DNA of 64,000 nucleotides from a virus: IMG/VR virus record IMGVR_UViG_3300019487_000020, positions 1 to 64,000 of that record; one strand, 5' to 3'. Shown piece by piece: positions 59,793 to 64,000 of this stretch (position 1 is its first letter; each line of letters starts with the position of its first letter). The notes under the pieces were generated by a model. It saw only the letters and a program-made list of their open reading frames with translations, ran no database searches and was not told where the DNA came from. The position numbers and the translations under genes were made by a program.

Positions 59793-60772
59793 AGGTCCTA
59801 CGCATAGGCGACCCGCACGTAAAGCACTCCAACCTGGAGGAGTCCGACAGGCTGTTCGGCTTTGCCCTAGATACGGCCGTGGCGGAAAAGGTTGACCGCA
59901 TAGATATACTGGGCGACCTGTTCCACAACCACGTGCTGGTGCGGCTGGACGTCATGGACTTCTGGCGCAAGTGGGCGGTTAAGTTCGCCGAGGCCTTTCC
60001 CACGTACATGCTGGTGGGCAACCACGACATGCCGGGCGACCGCCAAAGCGAGTGGAAGATCAGCTCGCTGGACTCGCTGCCCGAGCACCCCAACCTGACC
60101 ATAGTCAAGACGGCTTTGATCGGCGACGACGGCATAGCCTACATGTCCTACACGCACTCGCCCGAGAAGTTCCTAATGACAGCTAAGGAGATGTCCACGT
60201 ACCCGAAGCGGCCCAGGACACTCGTGTGCCACGGCACGTTCGTTGGCTCCAAGTACGACAACGACTACCCTGCGCCGGACGGCATCGACCCAGACCTGGT
60301 GCCGTTCGACTTCGTTGTAAGCGGCCACATACACGGCGAGCAGGAGTTCGGCAAGGTGCACCACCCTGGCACGCCTAGGTGGGACGGCTCCAGCGACGCC
60401 AACAAGCGCAAGGGCTTGTGGGTGTACGAGCACGCGCAGGACGGGGCCGTGCTGTCCAAGAAGATGATCGGCACCGAGAGTGTGTGCACGCCAGTGGTGG
60501 ACCTAGAATGGAAGGAAGGCCAGGAAATGCCGAAGGCCCCGCCGAACGCTAGGGCGACTTATTCGATCGTAGGCACGTCCGCGTGGGTCAGGCAGGCTAA
60601 GAAATCGGCGCTCGAGTCGGGCGCCCTGGCAAGGACCACGTTCACCGACTCAGTGGCCAGCAAGGCGCTGCGCAAAAGCGCCAAGGGGCTGGAGGACTAC
60701 CTGGACAACGTGTTCCAGCCGTCGGCCGGAGTGGCCAAGAAGGAGATACTGGAGTGGCTGTCAAGCCCGTAA
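59789..60772 (+). CDS. Mre11/SbcD-like nuclease (T4 gp47-like)
   Basis: The start is a GTGA overlap. The phosphoesterase motifs GDPH, GDLFH, GNHD, CHG and GHIH occur in order. Confidence 0.8.
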   Translation: MKVLRIGDPHVKHSNLEESDRLFGFALDTAVAEKVDRIDILGDLFHNHVLVRLDVMDFWRKWAVKFAEAFPTYMLVGNHDMPGDRQSEWKISSLDSLPEHPNLTIVKTALIGDDGIAYMSYTHSPEKFLMTAKEMSTYPKRPRTLVCHGTFVGSKYDNDYPAPDGIDPDLVPFDFVVSGHIHGEQEFGKVHHPGTPRWDGSSDANKRKGLWVYEHAQDGAVLSKKMIGTESVCTPVVDLEWKEGQEMPKAPPNARATYSIVGTSAWVRQAKKSALESGALARTTFTDSVASKALRKSAKGLEDYLDNVFQPSAGVAKKEILEWLSSP

Positions 60773-61209
60773 GCGAGGAGCAAGCCAAGAAAGCCATCGC
60801 CAATGCCGAGGCAGAGGACCGGGTGCAGAAGCATGTGCGCGAGATGGCTAAGCTTGCCATGCTGTCCGGCAACCTGAGCGACTTCCATCTGGACAACCTC
60901 AAGAAGTATGGCGCCATAGCGTTCAACGGCGTCAAGAGCGGCAAGATCGAGTACGACCTTACGCAATACAAGTTCGCAAAGGCCGAGGAGCCCAGGGACG
61001 ACCGCGAACGCATAGTGGACGCCATAGAGGGCCGCAGGTGCATGTCATTCGTGGCCTACCACGTAGAGACCGACGGCTCTGACCAGCCGAACCTAGAGCG
61101 CAGAATAGAGTGGCTGGAAAGCTCCGCCAGGAGCCTGCTGTGGTCAGACATCACCGTGGAGATTCATCTAAACGGCAAGATCATCCATAGGAGCAAGGGT
61201 GGAAAGTAA
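60754..61209 (+). CDS. hypothetical protein
   Basis: GTG start. Complete ORF. Confidence 0.5.
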   Translation: MAVKPVSEEQAKKAIANAEAEDRVQKHVREMAKLAMLSGNLSDFHLDNLKKYGAIAFNGVKSGKIEYDLTQYKFAKAEEPRDDRERIVDAIEGRRCMSFVAYHVETDGSDQPNLERRIEWLESSARSLLWSDITVEIHLNGKIIHRSKGGK

Positions 61210-61213
61210 CAAC

Positions 61214-61921
61214 ATGCCGGCAGTACCGACCACGGACATGACGCCGGACGAGCTGGCGCGCGCAGCCAAGTACGCCGAGGACGGCATGCCCGGGCTGTCG
61301 GCCGTGAGCGACACGTCGGTGCACAAGATGGTCGAGATGTACATGGCCGGCAGAAGCTACAACGACATCTCGCGCAACACAGGAACCAAAAAGGACATAG
61401 TGCTGTTCTTGTCCAAGAAGCTAGGGTGGTACGAGGCCAAGTCCACCCATCTGGCCGAGGTCAGCAAAGGCATCATGCAGCGGGCGACTGAGACCAAGCT
61501 CCATTCGGCGGCCTTCGTGGCCGACCTGCTTGCCTGCTGGCACAAGTATATGCGGTCCAAGATCGACAACTACCTCTCTACGGGCAACGACAAGGAGGCC
61601 GCAGAGGCGCTGGGCATACCGCTAAACAACTACTTCAAGAGCGTAGAGGCCCTGGAGAAGCTAATGTCAGAGCCTCCAAAGTCGCCAACGGACAAGCCTC
61701 CATTGGTGGGAGTGAACGTGGGCGACGGCATGGAGATCAAAAAAACCGGGGAGAACTCCCTGGAGATAACGCCTAAGAAACCAAAGGCCTTTTCCAACGT
61801 ACTCAAGGAAATGGCCGACTTAAAAAGACAGGAAAGCGCAGACGCCGCCAAGGCCCGCGATATCAACGCTAGTAAGACCACCAATCCCGGTGTCCGCAAA
61901 CGTAAGGGAACAAAACAATGA
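61214..61921 (+). CDS. hypothetical protein with an HTH-like segment
   Basis: ATG 61214. GRSYNDISRNTGTKKDIV resembles a helix-turn-helix. Confidence 0.5.
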   Translation: MPAVPTTDMTPDELARAAKYAEDGMPGLSAVSDTSVHKMVEMYMAGRSYNDISRNTGTKKDIVLFLSKKLGWYEAKSTHLAEVSKGIMQRATETKLHSAAFVADLLACWHKYMRSKIDNYLSTGNDKEAAEALGIPLNNYFKSVEALEKLMSEPPKSPTDKPPLVGVNVGDGMEIKKTGENSLEITPKKPKAFSNVLKEMADLKRQESADAAKARDINASKTTNPGVRKRKGTKQ

Positions 61922-62919
61922 AGAAGCTGTTAGCATTAGTCCTGACCATGCTCCTTTTGGCTGCGGCACCAATTAACGCCTTGGCCAAATCGAAGACGTC
62001 GTCATCATCCTCGGACGAAGTAATTTTCTCAAAGGAAAACACACTCGTCATCAATAGTGTAGTGGAAGATGAAAGCGTAGCGAAGCTGATTGCCCAGGCT
62101 AAAAGCATGGACGCCGCACTTCCTAGCGGAGACGCCATCAACTTATTGCTCAACACACCAGGCGGAAGCATCCAGTCTGGGCTCGAGCTTATCGAGGTGC
62201 TCTCATCGTTAAACCGCCCGGTGAACACGGTTATAATTTTCGCAGCGTCAATGGGATTTCAGATTGTACAGAATTTAGGCAAGCGCTATGTCCTCAAGAA
62301 CGGCGTGCTCATGAGCCACAAGGCCCGCGGCATGTTTAACGGTGAATTCCCTGGACAAGTGGACTCGCGCTATGGCCTTTGGATCAATCGAATCAACGAG
62401 CTTGACGAGCAAACCGTCAAACGAACATCTGGCAAGCAGACTTTAAAGAGCTACCGGGCAGCATACGAGAACGAGCTTTGGCTTACTGGCTCAGACGCGG
62501 TAAAAGGCGGGTATGCCGATGAGATCGTGACAGCAAAGTGTGATAAAACATTAGGCGGAACAAGGTCTGAAGTGCTCTACTTCTTTGGATTGAAAATTGA
62601 TGTTATCTTTGACGAATGTCCCCTCAATACCTACCCGATTGACGTAAAAATCAACGTGCCTACGACCGAAGGCCTTCTCACGCTGGAGCGCTTTTACGAG
62701 CTTGGCGGCGCCTTCGGGCCCGGATGCAAGGCGGGCCAGGACGACTATGTGTACTACAACTGGGGAACAAACTCCAGCAGCCAGCAGAACGTATCTGCCA
62801 AGTCAAAGCGACCATGTGCCTTGGACGAGACGCTCACCATGGAAAAAGTGCAGGAAGCCAAAATCAAGGCCAAAGAGAAGTACAACAACATCCGCGAGAA
62901 GGTTGTCAAAGGCTACTAA
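61918..62919 (+). CDS. signal-peptide-bearing ClpP/SppA-fold serine protease
   Basis: The N-terminus MKKLLALVLTMLLLAAAPINALA|KS looks like a Sec signal peptide. LLLNTPGGSIQSGLELIEVL..FAASMGFQIV parallels ClpP (NSPGG..AASMG). The gene is AT-richer than its flanks. Confidence 0.6.
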   Translation: MKKLLALVLTMLLLAAAPINALAKSKTSSSSSDEVIFSKENTLVINSVVEDESVAKLIAQAKSMDAALPSGDAINLLLNTPGGSIQSGLELIEVLSSLNRPVNTVIIFAASMGFQIVQNLGKRYVLKNGVLMSHKARGMFNGEFPGQVDSRYGLWINRINELDEQTVKRTSGKQTLKSYRAAYENELWLTGSDAVKGGYADEIVTAKCDKTLGGTRSEVLYFFGLKIDVIFDECPLNTYPIDVKINVPTTEGLLTLERFYELGGAFGPGCKAGQDDYVYYNWGTNSSSQQNVSAKSKRPCALDETLTMEKVQEAKIKAKEKYNNIREKVVKGY

Positions 62920-62932
62920 GCCGGAGCGTACA

Positions 62933-63184
62933 ATGCCACTGATTCCCTACTCTTGCGAGTGCGGAGCCAGCGGACGGAAGTTCTACACCAGGGCAGTGGA
63001 GGCTAAAACCTTCCTGCCCTGTACCGTTTGCGGCAAGGAAATGAAAAGGCGCATGAGCGCGCCGTCCAATTCGTCTAAAATAACCGTAGACAACGGCTCT
63101 CAGCCCAGGGCCGTGGAGATTCTGCCCAACGTCCTTGAGCTGAATGAGGAAAGGGCCAAGAAGGGCCCAAACAGAGGAGACTAG
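62933..63184 (+). CDS. zinc-ribbon protein (FmdB-like)
   Basis: The Cys pairs are YSCECGAS..LPCTVCGKEM (CxC/CxxC). Confidence 0.5.
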   Translation: MPLIPYSCECGASGRKFYTRAVEAKTFLPCTVCGKEMKRRMSAPSNSSKITVDNGSQPRAVEILPNVLELNEERAKKGPNRGD

Positions 63185-63188
63185 CTAC

Positions 63189-64000
63189 TTGCTCAGACTA
63201 CTCAAGCTCCGGTTTTCAGGAATAGGACGGTTCCAAGACGAGCAGGAAGTCCCGTTCTCCGAGCTTGGCCGGCTGGTGCAGGTGGACGGCCTTAACGAGG
63301 CCACGGGGGGCTCGTCCGGCTCCGGCAAGAGCACTATCTTCCAGGCCTACGAGTACCTGCTGGGCCTGAACGACACGCCCGCCACTGTCCTGCAGGCCAG
63401 AAACACCAAGAACAAGATCAAGGTAGAGGGGGAGTTCGACTGGGACGGCAAGTCAATGACCGTGCACAGGTCTGCCGCCAGGGGCCTGGTCGTAACCGTG
63501 GACGGGGACGAGAAGTCAGGCAGCAACGCACTGGCCGAGGAGCGTCTGGACAAGGCTTTAGGCATGCCCCGCAAGCTGTTCAGAATGGCGACGCACAAGC
63601 GCCAGGGAGAGGGCGGGTTTTTCCTTTCGCTGCCGCCCAAGGAGTGCCATAAGTTCGTAGTCGACTGCCTGGATCTCAACCACCTGCTCGCGCAGCAGAC
63701 CAGCGCAGAGAACAAGCTCAAGGCCAACAGGGAGGCGCTGTCCAAGGCAGAGTCAGACGAGGGACAGGCCAGGTCCGCGCTCGAGGCTGCCGAGCAGGCG
63801 CTTGCGTCCCTGCCGCTGCCGCCCAAGCCGACCATGCACCAGGAAATAATCGACCAGATGGAGGCCACTGCGGCCGCCTCGCTTGTGGCCTTGGGCGGTC
63901 GCGAGCTTGCTTACAAGAAGTGGGAGTCCACCTTGGTGTACTCCACCGTAGAGGCCGTGCCGTACGATGACTCGGGTCGGGCGGCGGACCGGGAGAAGCT
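63189..64000 (+). CDS. Rad50/SbcC-like ATPase (T4 gp46-like), 5' part, runs off the right edge
   Basis: It is absent from the ORF track because there is no stop in the window. TTG 63189 opens a GC3-rich frame reading LLRLLKLRFSGIGRFQDE..VDGLNEATGGSSGSGKSTIFQAYEYLLG (P-loop), followed by coiled-coil sequence. Confidence 0.7.
   Translation, partial: MLRLLKLRFSGIGRFQDEQEVPFSELGRLVQVDGLNEATGGSSGSGKSTIFQAYEYLLGLNDTPATVLQARNTKNKIKVEGEFDWDGKSMTVHRSAARGLVVTVDGDEKSGSNALAEERLDKALGMPRKLFRMATHKRQGEGGFFLSLPPKECHKFVVDCLDLNHLLAQQTSAENKLKANREALSKAESDEGQARSALEAAEQALASLPLPPKPTMHQEIIDQMEATAAASLVALGGRELAYKKWESTLVYSTVEAVPYDDSGRAADREK

Noticed and set aside
63347-63868. 173-aa minus-strand ORF at the right edge.
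   Set aside because: It lies antisense to an open, GC3-rich + frame with a P-loop (GSSGSGKSTIF) and coiled coil, typical of Rad50/SbcC. That + frame is missing from the ORF track only because it has no stop inside the window.

Overview
This window is a 64-kb slice of a large, GC-rich (about 60% by eye) contractile-tailed dsDNA phage or prophage genome. Layout: (1) 0-6 kb holds small early-type genes, mostly on the + strand behind repeated extended -10 promoters, including three Lar-like zinc ribbons, an HNH/EndoVII nuclease and a DUF4326 protein. (2) 6.1-8.1 kb is a membrane/lysis-like cluster. (3) 8.1-33.4 kb (minus strand) is the tail/virion module. It carries sheath, tube, paralogous beta-sandwich proteins, an mCpol/GGDEF-like palm-domain protein with a long acidic tail, and a 2036-aa polyvalent ART/GNAT polyprotein, and it is punctuated by two GIY-YIG homing endonucleases. 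(4) 34.2-36.4 kb is a + strand island encoding a Tmk-like kinase, a 2OG-Fe(II)-oxygenase-like protein and a ThyA-like protein. (5) 38.6-39.1 kb holds a phage tmRNA plus tRNA-Arg(CCU). (6) 39.2-55.5 kb is the head module: capsid, scaffold, protease-like protein, MuF, portal, large terminase with a LAGLIDADG intein, and a GroEL-like chaperonin. (7) 55.6-64 kb holds nucleotide, replication and recombination genes (HAD nucleotidase, P-loop kinase, SF2 helicase, sigma-like factor, Mre11/SbcD, partial Rad50/SbcC) with an AT-richer island encoding a signal-peptide ClpP-like protease. All functional calls come from motifs read by eye, because no database or profile search was possible. ORF-track starts include GTG/TTG, and many starts were reset using 4-nt start/stop overlaps and Shine-Dalgarno (SD) sequences. 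The strongest novelty candidates are the processed-looking ART/GNAT polyprotein, the mCpol-like protein with a candidate -1 frameshift extension, the nucleotide-modification island, and a recurrent YAATCTWA motif that sits exactly at -10 of the tmRNA.
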